DNA of 64,000 bases, from positions 1,040,059 to 1,104,058 of the forward strand of contig BCKZ01000007.1 of assembly GCA_001600815.1 (NCBI GenBank), given 5' to 3'. Shown in pieces: positions 23,501 to 34,090 of the stretch. The position numbers and the translations under genes were made by a program. This stretch comes from Alloascoidea hylecoeti. Its lineage: Eukaryota. Below the pieces are notes generated by a model, which had not been told where the DNA came from, did not search any database, and saw only the letters and a list, made by a program, of their open reading frames with translations. Within the stretch, counting starts at the first letter, position 1. Every line of letters starts with the position of its first letter.

Positions 23501-23599
23501 CCTTGTTGAATTTTCACTTGACACACTTTCAGCATCTGAATCATTTAAATCGCCAATGAAATTACCAAAATCATCATATAAATTGTCATCTTCATCCAT
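20579..23599 (-). CDS. SNU114: U5 snRNP GTPase Snu114 (EF-2-like)
   Basis: N-terminus MDEDDNLYDDFGNFIG, VVLHEDKQYYPSAEEVFG, GQLHSGKT, DTPGHVDF, and C-terminal KTRRRKGLS. ATG at 23599. Confidence 0.96.
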   Translation of the reverse strand: MDEDDNLYDDFGNFIGDLNDSDAESVSSENSTRKPNVSNYMLSDSEADPDDEKDKGRGDKDENDNFVDNDTEMAVARFDGPSSAVVLHEDKQYYPSAEEVFGPDVETLVQDVDEQDISVPIIAPVEVKSFSIEETNLPQVTFERKYLTDLMHFPEHVRNISIVGQLHSGKTSLIDMLILETHPTVEQYHGKKLDHQLRYTDNHILETQRGISIKTAPVTLLLPDLNGKSHVFNILDTPGHVDFADEVAASIRLADGVVVVIDVIEGLGINTKRIIEHTLLEKLPMVLIINKIDRLILELKLPINDAYYKIRHSLAEVNQFVKESGFSSESITFSPELGNVSFASTSMQWIFSLNSFAKLYIDKQHLLINREEFAKRLWGDVYYNPSVRKFSNKAKEEDSKLSFIYFILEPLYKIYSVTISQDAKQLKSILKGLGVVLKPSTYKLDMLPLLREVCLSFFGNSSPFGDMIVKHLPSPIQIAKTKLQTIYRGPIDEDSEIIKSILKSDENGPVVAHVTKLINASDSTQFFALARVFSGTLRSGQDIKVLGEGYTIEDEEDMVSTTIKDLWISETRYKLPIDGIPAGNIALISGIDESIVQSSTIYDVADHGTPLYIFNPIRYISKSILKVSVEPFNPSELPKLLDGLRKINKSYPVSETKVEESGEHIIVGSGELYMDCLLHDLRKIYAEIEIKVSDPVTKFSETCIETSMMKCYAETTNKKNKITIIAEPLDTQIADDIEKGAIDPKWPSRTLATHFQKNYDWDLMAARSIWAFGPDGCGPNTLIDDTLPTEVDKKLLFSIKDSIKQGFQWAVREGPLCEEPIRNTQFKIMDVSLASEPIYKIGGQIIPTIRRACYSSFLLAEPKLMEPVYSIHATCPGSAIRAIGMLLEKRRGHIIGTSTIAGTPLSTVTGLIPVMDSIGFETDVRVASQGLAFVSMIFDKWQIVPGDPLDKNAKLIPLRPSPINSLAKDFVLKTRRRKGLSDEPRINKYLDESLLESLKETKLLDN

Positions 23600-24495
23600 T
23601 ATTTCAAGAGTTCTCAATAGGATGTCAAAACAGAAAGATCAGTTGCACTATTCGATGAAATTATGGAAAATTTAAGGTATGAAGTTCATGCCCGGGTAAC
23701 ATCACAATATAAATATGTGACACGTGATTGTATCTCGATATTAATCGTATCACATTAGTTGGAGTATCGTGGTAACTAACACGACAATCACAATCCTTCT
23801 ATAATACACTTCACGCTTTAAACTAGATAATAAAACTTCCTCATGATTCAAGATGAGTTGAAAGAGAAGATAATTATAACTTGATCCTGTATGGCCAAAT
23901 CAGGGACAGTACTAGTTAGCTATGAACTTTATAGTAAATATTTCTACCATTCCTGAAATGATATTAATTGATCATGAGTATAGATCTTAAATTTAAATTT
24001 GCATGTACTATGTAGTATATTGATTCCCAGTTGCAATATAATGTATAAACAGTTTGCTAAACACGTACTAAAGATAAACGCCTTAAATCTTGACTATAGA
24101 TCTCAATTAAACATTGTGTAACAAATTTATCTATAATCATCCAAGGATATACTTGTTCCAACCTTCTGAAGAGACTTAAAATTGAAAAACTCTGTTGATC
24201 TGTTGCCTGATCTGGCTGGATATGCCGCGGATTAATATGATCTCAAATGCTAAAGTACTAAAAGTAGGCATTCCAGGTAAAACCACATCTAATTCATTGA
24301 ACCATGATCATTATAATTAAATAACATCTCTTCAAATTCTTCAAATTTATCTTCGGATTCGGACTTGCATTTGTCTATAAATACTGCTAAATCCTCGAAG
24401 ATCGCCACTTTCCTACCTGAACAATTAATATTGATTTCAATTGAAAAATTTCCTCAATTAACTTTCATTTACACCTAACATAATATTTAAATAAT

Positions 24496-25606
24496 ATGCC
24501 ATCTAAAGTTGATTCTAAACAAAAGTTCCTTGATGCTTTCCCTCAAATTTTGGATGAAATTGAAGAATTGTGTCATCAATATGGATTAAATCAAGAAGCA
24601 ATTGATTGGTTTAAAGAGGTAAGTGATTCAAATCATATATTGATTTTAATTTGAACTAATATTGATTTCCAACAATTAGAACCTTAGCTACAATACACTA
24701 GATGGTAAACTTAATCGTGGTCTTTCTGTTATTGATACATATCAAATTCTCACTTCAAGAACCAAGTTATCAAGCGATGAATATAATAAATTAGCTCTTC
24801 TTGGTTGGTGTGTTGAACTTTTCCAAGCCTTTTTCCTTGTTGCTGATGATATTATGGATGGTTCAATCACACGTCGCGGTAAACCATGTTGGTATAAAAG
24901 GGAAAAAATTGGGCTTTTAGCAATTAATGATGCATCAATGTTAGAAGCTGTTATATTTGTTTTATTGAAAAAACATTTTAAAAAAGAAAATTATTATATT
25001 GATTTAATTGAATTATTTCATGAAATGATTTTAAGAACTGAATTAGGTCAATTATTAGATTTAATAACAGCTCCAGAGGATGTTATTGACTTATCTAAAT
25101 TTTCTTTACAGAAGCATTCTTTTATTGTTAGATATAAAACGGCTTATTATAGTTTCTATTTACCTGTTGCATTAGCAATGTATATTACTGGAACTGCGAC
25201 AGAATCAAATTTAAAACAAGCGTTAGATGTTTTGATTCCATTAGGTGAATACTTTCAAATTCAAGATGACTATTTAGATTGCTATGGTGATCCTTCAGTA
25301 ATTGGAAAAATCGGAACTGACATTCAAGATAATAAATGTTCATGGTTAGTTAATACGGCTTTGACTATTGCTACTCCTGAACAACGTGCTATACTTGATT
25401 CTAATTATGGTAAAAAAGATAAAAAATCAGAACAAATAATTAAAGATTTATTTAAGGAATTAAATCTTCATCAAAACTATCTAGATTATGAAGAATCGAT
25501 TGTTAAAGATATTAAGAAACAAATTGATGAAATTGATGAAAGTAATGGATTTAAGAAAGATGTAATTACAACATTCTTAAACAAAATTTATAAAAGATCA
25601 AAATAA
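24496..25606 (+). CDS. Farnesyl diphosphate synthase paralog, copy 2 (diverged); exons 24496-24618 and 24680-25606
   Basis: Same intron position as copy 1 (GTAAGT...ACTAAT...TAG). FARM DDIMD and SARM DDYLD are intact; substitutions include YNTLDGK, NDASML and [11 protein letters not shown]. Confidence 0.92.
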
Positions 25607-25690
25607 ATTGTTTGATATCTATGTGAATTTAACTTGGGATTGAATGAGAGTTCTTTTAAGGAAAAACCTATTTTCTTTTTTGCATAACGA

Positions 25691-25760
25691 TTTTTCATTT
25701 TCATTTTCATTTTCATCTTTATTTTTATTTTTATCTTCATTTTTATCTTCATTTTTATTT
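25691..25760. repeat. Degenerate hexamer repeat (TTTTCA/TTTTTA/TCTTCA) after FPPS copy 2
   Basis: Direct reading; it explains the KMKIK ORF 25588..25833. Confidence 0.85.
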
Positions 25761-26472
25761 TACCTGTACCCTGTGAATTCTTTTTGTGATATTTCTCAAA
25801 TCTAAAGATATATATACATATATTTAAGGGCATTTCAAATGATTGGAAATCATAAATTGTTCTAAAGCTGAGACTAAAAACTTATAATTAATTATATAGG
25901 AAGATTAAGTGATTGGAAATCAATGGATCTTTTACTAATAATATAAATGTGAACAATATGATGTATAAAAATTTTATATAGTTCAATTACATTTTTATAT
26001 TGATATTAATAATTTAATGTATTAATTGATCACAAATGTAATAACAATTATATTTGTATACTTAAACTTACCACCGAAAAATATGTAATTATTAAAATCA
26101 AACGTCCTGATATAAATACTATGAGATAACAAATATGAAAATGTGCTGAAATATTCGAGTAGTAAGAAATCATATACTTCAATAATGAATTCCACTTGGT
26201 AATTCTAATTAACGATTAAAAAAAGTCGCATATAGTTTAGAAATAAAATGTTTTGTGTGTAAAAAGATTTAATTTGGTATTAAGGTTTATATGTGGTGCA
26301 TATGCATAGACCTATAAGGGCAATATTATTGATGTAGCCAATCAAAAGTTGTAATTGCAATTGTGAATTAGAACCTCATCAAATAATTAAAAATTGACTT
26401 GTTAATATTATCTTACTGGAGTATAGAAAATGAAATAATATCAATGAAGTTAATAAACTTAATTATAGGATA

Positions 26473-26683
26473 GAAGGTTCTATATTGCGATGTTAGAAAC
26501 ATATTTCCCCTTTCCAAGTCCCTAGATTCATACGGGTGCACATCATAGGCGACAATAATGCATAGAAAATTCTAGATATCACTACCCTTTTCCCTACACC
26601 ATATAGAATATATTCACTATATTAAACAAACAACTAGAATATTCTATATATATTAGAATTGATTCTTGAGATAAATATATAAA
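26473..26683 (+). promoter_or_regulatory. Heat-shock elements and TATA box of HSP20 copy 2 (largely mirrored in copy 1)
   Basis: GAAnnTTC units at 26473-26480, 26565-26572 and 26637-26644; TATATAAA at 26676-26683. Confidence 0.7.
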
Positions 26684-26807
26684 GGGTAGTTATAACCTCT
26701 CCCACGGTTTTATCATTCTCATCAGAAGTAATTAATTAGTACACATAAACTGGTTACAATATTACTATTACAAGCTTACAAGTTACAACTACACATTAAC
26801 AATTAGN

Positions 26808-27365
26808 ATGTCATTTTATTACACACCATTTTGGGACTTTGTTGATTCGATCACAGATCAAGTTGATTCATTAAATAGAGAATTAAAAGATGCTGGGGTT
26901 ACAAGGGATATCAATAATAAAAATCAAAAACAAGTTTCCAAATCAAATAACAACGTTAACAAACAATTGAACAAATGGGACCCGTTCTCATTCAACTTTG
27001 ATAATGATATNAATGGATTATTTACACCAGCAATTGATGTTTACAATAACGATAAGCACGTTGAGGTACATGCTTCTATTCCTGGAGCAGATCCAAAAAA
27101 TGTTAATATTGAATTTGATTCCAATTCAAATCAATTAACTATCAGTGGTGAGACCGAATCGTCATCGGAGGAAAAGAAAAAGGATTTAACAATCAAAGAA
27201 AGAAGATCAGGCAGCTTTAAAAGAACTGTTCAACTTTCAAAAGATATTGAGATTGATGAAGAAAATATTAAAGCAAAATATAATAATGGAGTTTTAGAAT
27301 TGGTTATTCCAAAGAAAGCTGAATCTGTTGCACCAAAGAGAAAGATTACAATTGAAAACTTGTAA
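26808..27365 (+). CDS. Small heat-shock protein (HSP20/alpha-crystallin), copy 2
   Basis: Identical CDS to 14636..15193, in inverted orientation. Confidence 0.95.
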   Translation: MSFYYTPFWDFVDSITDQVDSLNRELKDAGVTRDINNKNQKQVSKSNNNVNKQLNKWDPFSFNFDNDXNGLFTPAIDVYNNDKHVEVHASIPGADPKNVNIEFDSNSNQLTISGETESSSEEKKKDLTIKERRSGSFKRTVQLSKDIEIDEENIKAKYNNGVLELVIPKKAESVAPKRKITIENL

Positions 27366-27795
27366 ATTGTGACACACATTTTCAATATCTCATTTTCAAT
27401 TGAAATTGAATACCAAACTAGTTTTGGAGGATACTATAGTACTACTAAATATGATTGAAATTTAAAGGAGATTGCTTATCAATAGGGATTTATAGATAGG
27501 ATAACTTTTAATATAATATTAAGAATTCTATGACTTAAACATTTTATGACAAGATAATCATTAGTGTTACAATAGTAGAACTAGTATCCCAAAAATTAAC
27601 TCTTGATTTAAACTACAAATATTAACCCATTATTCTTTTTGTTGATATATATTTATGATAGTTGAATATCTGAGACAGATCAAAAACGTGAAATTTCCCC
27701 ACCTATGCCTATAAGTTATGCATAAAAGGAAATATTAATGAAAATGAGAATATATTAGATCTTTATATGGTAACATTGATTTAAAAGATTTGTAA

Positions 27796-28139
27796 TTAAA
27801 CATTAACTCTAGCTAATTCTTCTCTTCCAGCTTTTGTATACAAATATTCGTTGTAATTGTTGGCTCTTTCAATTATGTAGTACATTGAAACGACCGGGAT
27901 AATAACGAATAAAGCCTGGGCCTTAACTCTGCGATACGTGTTGAAAATGGCATTGTTTAAAGCACCTTCCAAAGGTTTTTGAGCATATGGAGAAACAGTG
28001 TATCTCTTAATGTACTTTTGCTTTGGGGAGCCTACGAGAACAAGAGTTAGGATCCACGTAGTTAGAAACACAGACAACGGAACATACCAAGATGACCCCA
28101 CCATCCCATATAAGATTTTGGTGCAGGAGGACCAGCCAT
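27796..28139 (-). CDS. QCR8: Cytochrome bc1 subunit 8; exons 28088-28139 and 27796-28031
   Basis: MAGPPAPKSYMGWWGHL, then intron 28032-28087 (GTATGT...CTAAC...TAG), then GSPKQKYIKRYTVSPYAQKPL...YLYTKAGREELARVNV. Confidence 0.95.
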
Positions 28140-28537
28140 TTTTGTATAAGATGTGAAAGTTGGTGAAGAAGTTTGGAGGATATGAAATTGTTTGGGACTT
28201 TTGTGATTGGCCGGTTGTGTGGGTGTACGGGTGGGCGTGCTGATAATTACCGTTCATACCACGTGCTGTCGCTTACTCAGCCGCTTTCTCTTTTGGGGGC
28301 AGTTTTTTGTTTGCTTTGCTTCTTAATTTATATTGAATTATTAGTTTCTGGTACGTCTGAATTTAAACCTCTTTTTTTTCCCGTTCGTGTCTCTGAAAAA
28401 GATGAAGTGTCTTTTCCGTGCGGACTCTATTGCTAACCGTCCTGCTCTAGTAGCGTAGTCATACGACGCGTGTCTTCGTTACTCCGTATACCAAAACACT
28501 TCCAACTCTCTCGAAGGATCCCATACAGAAACTGAAA

Positions 28538-31243
28538 ATGGATGGTATATCTCCGACTTCTCCGTCCCAAGATTTCAACTCGCAATTCATGAACATGGAT
28601 TCTTTCGCAGCTTCTAATTTTGGCCATGAACATCGGCATGATGATAACACCACTCATTTTAATATAAATCATTTAAATGACCATAATAATCGAAATGGTT
28701 TCGATATAAAAGAGTACACAGATAATGCACCTGAACCTGAAAATGTTAATGAACATATCAATGATCATATAAATCAGAACTCAAATGGTAATGCGTTCAC
28801 GAATGATGATCATAATATGGAAGCCTTTTTGAATACTGACCCTGATGAAAATGAAAATGAAAACGAAAATGAAAATGAAAATGAAAATGAAAATGAAAAT
28901 GAAAATAAAATTGGGCACAAAAATGGAGATGAGAATGAACACGAAAATGAAAATGAAGATGAAAATGTAAATGAAAATGCAGACTTAAGTAATCCAAAGA
29001 AACCCCAAAATGAACACTTAAATGAGGAAAGTAACGACAAAACTACAGTACCCACGGACGAAGTACACTCTATTAATGCCACAACTATCAAGGATGAGAC
29101 ATCGTCTCTACAAACTCCTACATCTCAAAATAATAGTACTGTTGCTTCGTTTCAAGAACAAAATGAAGGAGATTTGAACATTAAAACAAACACTTTAAAC
29201 GTTTTACAAAATGATGAATCTATAATTGAAGAAAATCGAGGCGACCACGAAGATGGTGACATCTCAATGACTGATGTTATTACTGCAACAACTCCCAAAT
29301 CCGAAAATATCGCAACCACTATCAAGAATGAAAATGATTTAGAGTCTTCGGTAATATCATCTCCACCATCAACCCCACGGGATTCAGTGCCGTTAACAAC
29401 CGATTTGGATTTTCACGTCGAACAAACTCACACAATTGTTTTGCCATCATATACATCATGGTTTAATATGAAAAAAATTCATTCAATTGAAAAAAAATCA
29501 TTGCCTGAATTTTTTAATAATGTAAATCCATCAAAAACTCCTTCATTATATTTACGTTATAGAAATTTTATGATAAATACTTATCGATTAAACCCTAATG
29601 AATATTTATCAATGACTGCAAGTAGAAGAAATTTGATTGGTGACGTTGCTTCAATAACAAGAACTTTTTTATTTTTAGAACAATGGGGTTTAATTAATTA
29701 TCAAGTAAAACCTGAGGTTAGACCAAAAAATTTCCCAACTTCAGGTTTACCTTATGAGAATGATGATAATGAAATGGATGAACACAGTACACAACAACAA
29801 CAACAAAATATAATGATGAATGGCAATATACACTTAAATAACAAACACAATGGTGGTATAAAAATTACAAATGAAACTCCAAGAGGTTTATTCCCATTCG
29901 CAAGTTCAAAAATTCCAGATATTGTTGAAAAAGTCGGTTTACATCAATTATTAAATAAAAGGAAAAATACAACTGATATACAAAACAATAATATAGAAAA
30001 TGATGGAAATGATACAACTGCTAATGGTATTGATAAAAAAATTATAAACGATTATATTAATCCTTATAAAAAACCACGAATTCTTGAAAGAGAAACAAAT
30101 TCAATGCCTACAGATATCATCAATAATAATAAAAATTCAATCAATAATCCACAATGGTCAAAACAAGAATTAATACGTTTGTTAACTGCAATTCATAATT
30201 CAAAATCTTCAAAAGAACCCTTATCATGGTTTGCTATATCAGATTTTGTAAGAAGTAAAACACCACAAGAATGCCTTATTAAATTTTTAAAATTACCAAT
30301 TGAAGATGATTATTTAGGATCAAATGATAGGGATAATTTTAAAGGAAATACAATTCCAAATGTTAATGATATTCATAAAATTGGTCCTTTAAAACATAGT
30401 CGAAATTTACCTTTTACACAACCTGATAATCCTGCTTTTTCAACATTAGCATTTTTGTTAAATTTAACAGATAAAGAAAAAGTTAATGAAAGAGTTAAAG
30501 CTTCAAAAAATGTAATATTAAAACAAGTTGATATTAAATTAGAGGAAATTAAAAAGAAAAGAATACAACAATTATTAGAGAGTTCTAAGGAAAAAGAAAT
30601 GGAAAATGTAAATATAAATAGAACCGAAAATGGAGCAGAAAATGGAACTGAAAATAGAACCGAAAATGGATCTGGAAATGAAAACGTAAAGGATATGAAC
30701 ACGAATATTAATGGAAATATTTTTAATAAAAATGATAAAGAAACAACTGAGTCAAATACAAATACAAATAACAGTCCAATAATATATCAATCAACTGAAT
30801 TAAAACAATTAATTAATAAAGTTATTCAAAATCAATTAAATGAAGTATCAACAAAAATTAAAAAGATTAATGTTTTTGAAAAAGAAATAGAATATTCAAA
30901 AAAATTAATATCAATACAAAAAAAGAAGAATTTTCTTGATAAATTATCATTATTAAATATAACAAGTAAAATTATTGATAAATTATCAATGGCAAAAATT
31001 GAAGAAGATAAAAATAAAATTAATGAATTAATTGATGATGCAAAATCATTATTAAACTTAAATAATCCACCTTTACAAAAAGATAATAATGATGAACAAC
31101 AAGATAATGATAAAGAATTGGAAAATAATAAAGAAGAAAAAGAAGAAACACCTACTACAGCTTCTATTGTTTTTAGTAATAATGATGAAATCAAACCTAT
31201 AAGTTTTGAAGGATCTCAAACTTTTACATATTGGTCTGGATAA
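28538..31243 (+). CDS. SWI3: SWI/SNF subunit Swi3 (SWIRM, SANT and coiled coil)
   Basis: QTHTIVLPSYTSWF...YRNFMINTYRLNPNEYL...WGLINYQ (SWIRM) and WSKQE...ECLIKFLKLPIED (SANT). The long acidic N-terminus and the FTYWSG end favour Swi3 over Rsc8. Confidence 0.85.
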   Translation: MDGISPTSPSQDFNSQFMNMDSFAASNFGHEHRHDDNTTHFNINHLNDHNNRNGFDIKEYTDNAPEPENVNEHINDHINQNSNGNAFTNDDHNMEAFLNTDPDENENENENENENENENENENKIGHKNGDENEHENENEDENVNENADLSNPKKPQNEHLNEESNDKTTVPTDEVHSINATTIKDETSSLQTPTSQNNSTVASFQEQNEGDLNIKTNTLNVLQNDESIIEENRGDHEDGDISMTDVITATTPKSENIATTIKNENDLESSVISSPPSTPRDSVPLTTDLDFHVEQTHTIVLPSYTSWFNMKKIHSIEKKSLPEFFNNVNPSKTPSLYLRYRNFMINTYRLNPNEYLSMTASRRNLIGDVASITRTFLFLEQWGLINYQVKPEVRPKNFPTSGLPYENDDNEMDEHSTQQQQQNIMMNGNIHLNNKHNGGIKITNETPRGLFPFASSKIPDIVEKVGLHQLLNKRKNTTDIQNNNIENDGNDTTANGIDKKIINDYINPYKKPRILERETNSMPTDIINNNKNSINNPQWSKQELIRLLTAIHNSKSSKEPLSWFAISDFVRSKTPQECLIKFLKLPIEDDYLGSNDRDNFKGNTIPNVNDIHKIGPLKHSRNLPFTQPDNPAFSTLAFLLNLTDKEKVNERVKASKNVILKQVDIKLEEIKKKRIQQLLESSKEKEMENVNINRTENGAENGTENRTENGSGNENVKDMNTNINGNIFNKNDKETTESNTNTNNSPIIYQSTELKQLINKVIQNQLNEVSTKIKKINVFEKEIEYSKKLISIQKKKNFLDKLSLLNITSKIIDKLSMAKIEEDKNKINELIDDAKSLLNLNNPPLQKDNNDEQQDNDKELENNKEEKEETPTTASIVFSNNDEIKPISFEGSQTFTYWSG
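28846..28905. repeat. (GAAAAT)n coding hexamer repeat giving a Glu-Asn tract in SWI3
   Basis: Direct reading. Confidence 0.9.
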
Positions 31244-32071
31244 AATCTACATTTATAAATATTTATTTTCTTAGATCAAATATTAATCAAGTGGATGTTT
31301 ATAGTTATAAATTGTTAGTTAAATAAATATAATTATAAATATTAAATATTCCTGTTGTATTATTAAAAATCTGTGTATTTATATAATATTCCTAAAATAT
31401 ATTATTAAGAACAAGAGCTGATTTAATTTATAGCTACATAGATTCCAACAAATATTATATAAAGAAAGAAAAAAGAAGGGAGGCTAAAAATGGTGAAGCA
31501 TTAACAGCCAGAATCGGTGATAAGCAGAGCTGTTAATTAATGACTTGATATTTTCAGGTTGATTTTTACTTTCCTTTTGCAACTTTTATGATTGTTTGTG
31601 CGCCTGTAAAAGAATATAGGATGATGATATTTATACCCAAATCAAAATAATTACAAGGTTTTCAACAAGTCCAAATTATATTCACCTGTTCACATACATT
31701 TCACACATACCTGCCAAGTCATTTATATATTTAGTACTAGTATATTTTCTGCCATACCCCAATGAATATCATTTGTATTCCCTGCATTTTCTATAATGGT
31801 CATCTCTAATATTTAATCTCTTACATTATCACTACGGCTATTATAATGTATGTGCACACAGATAATACAATGTATTTATATAATCAAGAGAATATAAATA
31901 AACGGGAAATAGAGATACATGAGATTATTTTATACAAACCTAACAATACCCGATAAATAACAGTACTCCCCTTACAAATAGTTTGTTTATTATTCATTTG
32001 TAAAGCAATTGAATTCTATATATTCTTTTGAAAAACATGGATCCATTTTTATAATCTTAATTTAATTTGAT

Positions 32072-32629
32072 TTAAGCAGCAGTCAATCTCTTCCTTGAAG
32101 CTAATCTTCCTCTTTGACGAGATGATAATCTAACTACAGCATTTTCCTTTGTCTTAGCAACTTCTTCATCCTTTTCAACTAATATGATTTCAATATGACA
32201 TGGGGATGATTGATAGGCATTGATACGACCATGAGCTCTGTATGTTCTGCGTCTTTGTTTTGGAGCTTGGTTAACTTGAATGTGTTTAATTATGAGTTTC
32301 TCAATATCCAATCCTTTCGCTTCGGCATTTGATTCAGCATTCTTTAATAAATCTTGAACAAATTTGACTGACTTAACGGGCCATCTTGCCTTTGTAACAC
32401 CAAACTCTTTTCCTTGAGCTGTTCTTCCAATAGAACCAGCAAATCGTCTAAATGGAATGGCTCTCTTCTTTTCGGAAACTGCTTCAAGATAAGTTTGAGC
32501 TTTCTTTAAAGGCCATCCATTGATAGCTTGGACGGTTTCTCTGGTATTTTTGTAAGAGACACGGAGATACGAACCTCTGGAGCTAGCACTCTTTGCTGGA
32601 TTTTCGGCTGTTGCGGCGTATCTTGTCAT
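32072..32629 (-). CDS. RPL17: 60S ribosomal protein L17 (uL22), intronless
   Basis: [28 protein letters not shown] and [11 protein letters not shown] motifs. Confidence 0.97.
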   Translation of the reverse strand: MTRYAATAENPAKSASSRGSYLRVSYKNTRETVQAINGWPLKKAQTYLEAVSEKKRAIPFRRFAGSIGRTAQGKEFGVTKARWPVKSVKFVQDLLKNAESNAEAKGLDIEKLIIKHIQVNQAPKQRRRTYRAHGRINAYQSSPCHIEIILVEKDEEVAKTKENAVVRLSSRQRGRLASRKRLTAA

Positions 32630-32819
32630 TATTGTATTTTATTGTATTGATTATTAAAGATTTTGGAGGTTTGTTGTTTAATTTCAGTGTCGCACTTCCA
32701 GTGGAAAGTGACTGTTTATTGTGTATTAGCCCTAACATGACCCGCGTGACTAGCACATGCCCATGTATCTTAATTAAACCTCCCTTACCAAATCTATCGA
32801 AAAGTAAATATTGGTAACA

Positions 32820-33999
32820 ATGCATCCATTTCCAACAGAACACGAGGAATTGGTTCATGATATAGCCTATGACTTTTATGGTCAACGACTGGCTACTTGC
32901 TCCTCAGATAAGCATATTAAGATTCATGATTATGACCCAAATACAGGCAACTGGACATTAAATGATTCATGGAAAGCTCATGATTCAACTATATCTAAAG
33001 TCGTATGGGCAGGTCCAGAATATGGCCAGATAATTGCAACATGCTCATTTGATAGAACAGTGCGTGTCTTTGAAGAAGATCCCGAACAGCCTATTAATTC
33101 TGGGCGTAGGTGGAGGAAAATGGCAACATTATCAGATTCAAGAGGTCCATTATATGACTTAGCTTTTGCACCAGCTCATTTAGGATTAAGACTAGGAGCA
33201 ATTGGTGGCGATGGCTGTTTTCGTATATATGATGCTTTAGAACCAAACGATTTAAGGAATTGGACTGTCACAGCCGAAGTTCAGGTTTTAAATACACCAC
33301 CTGCAAAACAATTACAATCTGCTTTCTCATTAACGTGGTGTCCTTCGAAATTTTCACCTGAATTTATTGTAGTGTCTGCTTTAGATCAAGTTTTTATATA
33401 TCAAAGAGATAGAAATGGAAGATTACAATCCACTTCTACACTTACTGAACACAATGGTCTGGTTAGGGATGTTGCATGGGCACCATCAATGGGACGTGGC
33501 TATCATTTGTTGGCAACAGCTTGTAAAGATGGTTATGTTAGAATTTATAAAATTGTTGTTAAGACAAATAATCATCTGAATGGAGATCAATCAAATGATG
33601 ATAGAAAAGATGATGAAATGGCTGATGCTTCAATGAATGATGATGCAGACGATAATTTAGGAGTATCAATTTTAAATAACGGGATACAATCGTCTTTACC
33701 TTCAACATTAGATGTTAAGCTACTAAATGCTTTAGATGAACATAAGGGTGAAGTTTGGAAAGTATCATGGAATTCGACTGGTACGATCTTAAGTACAGCC
33801 GGTGATGATGGGAAAGTCAGATTATGGAAATCTACTTATTCAAATCAATTCCAATGCATGTCCATTATTTCGGCAGAACAAGCAGAGTAAGTATTGAATA
33901 TTTTCTTTTAATTCTTTTAAATATTAACTAACACTTCTTGATATTGATATTAATATTAAAAGGCCTGCAACTTTCGATGAATCTGCAATGGATGAATGA
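32820..33999 (+). CDS. SEH1: Nucleoporin/SEA-complex WD40 protein Seh1; exons 32820-33886 and probably 33963-33999
   Basis: MHPFPTEHEELVHDIAYDFYGQRLATCSSD, WAPSMGRGYHLLATACKDG and WNSTGTILSTAGDDGKVRLWK. A GTAAGT...ACTAAC...AAG intron overlaps the apparent stop. Confidence 0.92.
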
Positions 34000-34090
34000 T
34001 AATGTATCCTACTAATGCCAATAAAATCTTCAAATTATCTTCATTTAATAATAATTTCTTATAAATAATGATTTTTCATTGAATTTTGAT

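Noticed and set aside
15444..26561. Mating-type flip/flop locus inside the inverted repeats
   Set aside because: No HMG, alpha-box or homeodomain genes and no SLA2 in or near the segment.
31400..31725. Possible spliced mini-gene or snoRNA between SWI3 and RPL17 (minus-strand GTATGT...CAG, a 9-bp hairpin near 31500-31537, ATGATGA)
   Set aside because: No branch point, the spliced frame stops within a few codons, and there is no D box or convincing H/ACA boxes.
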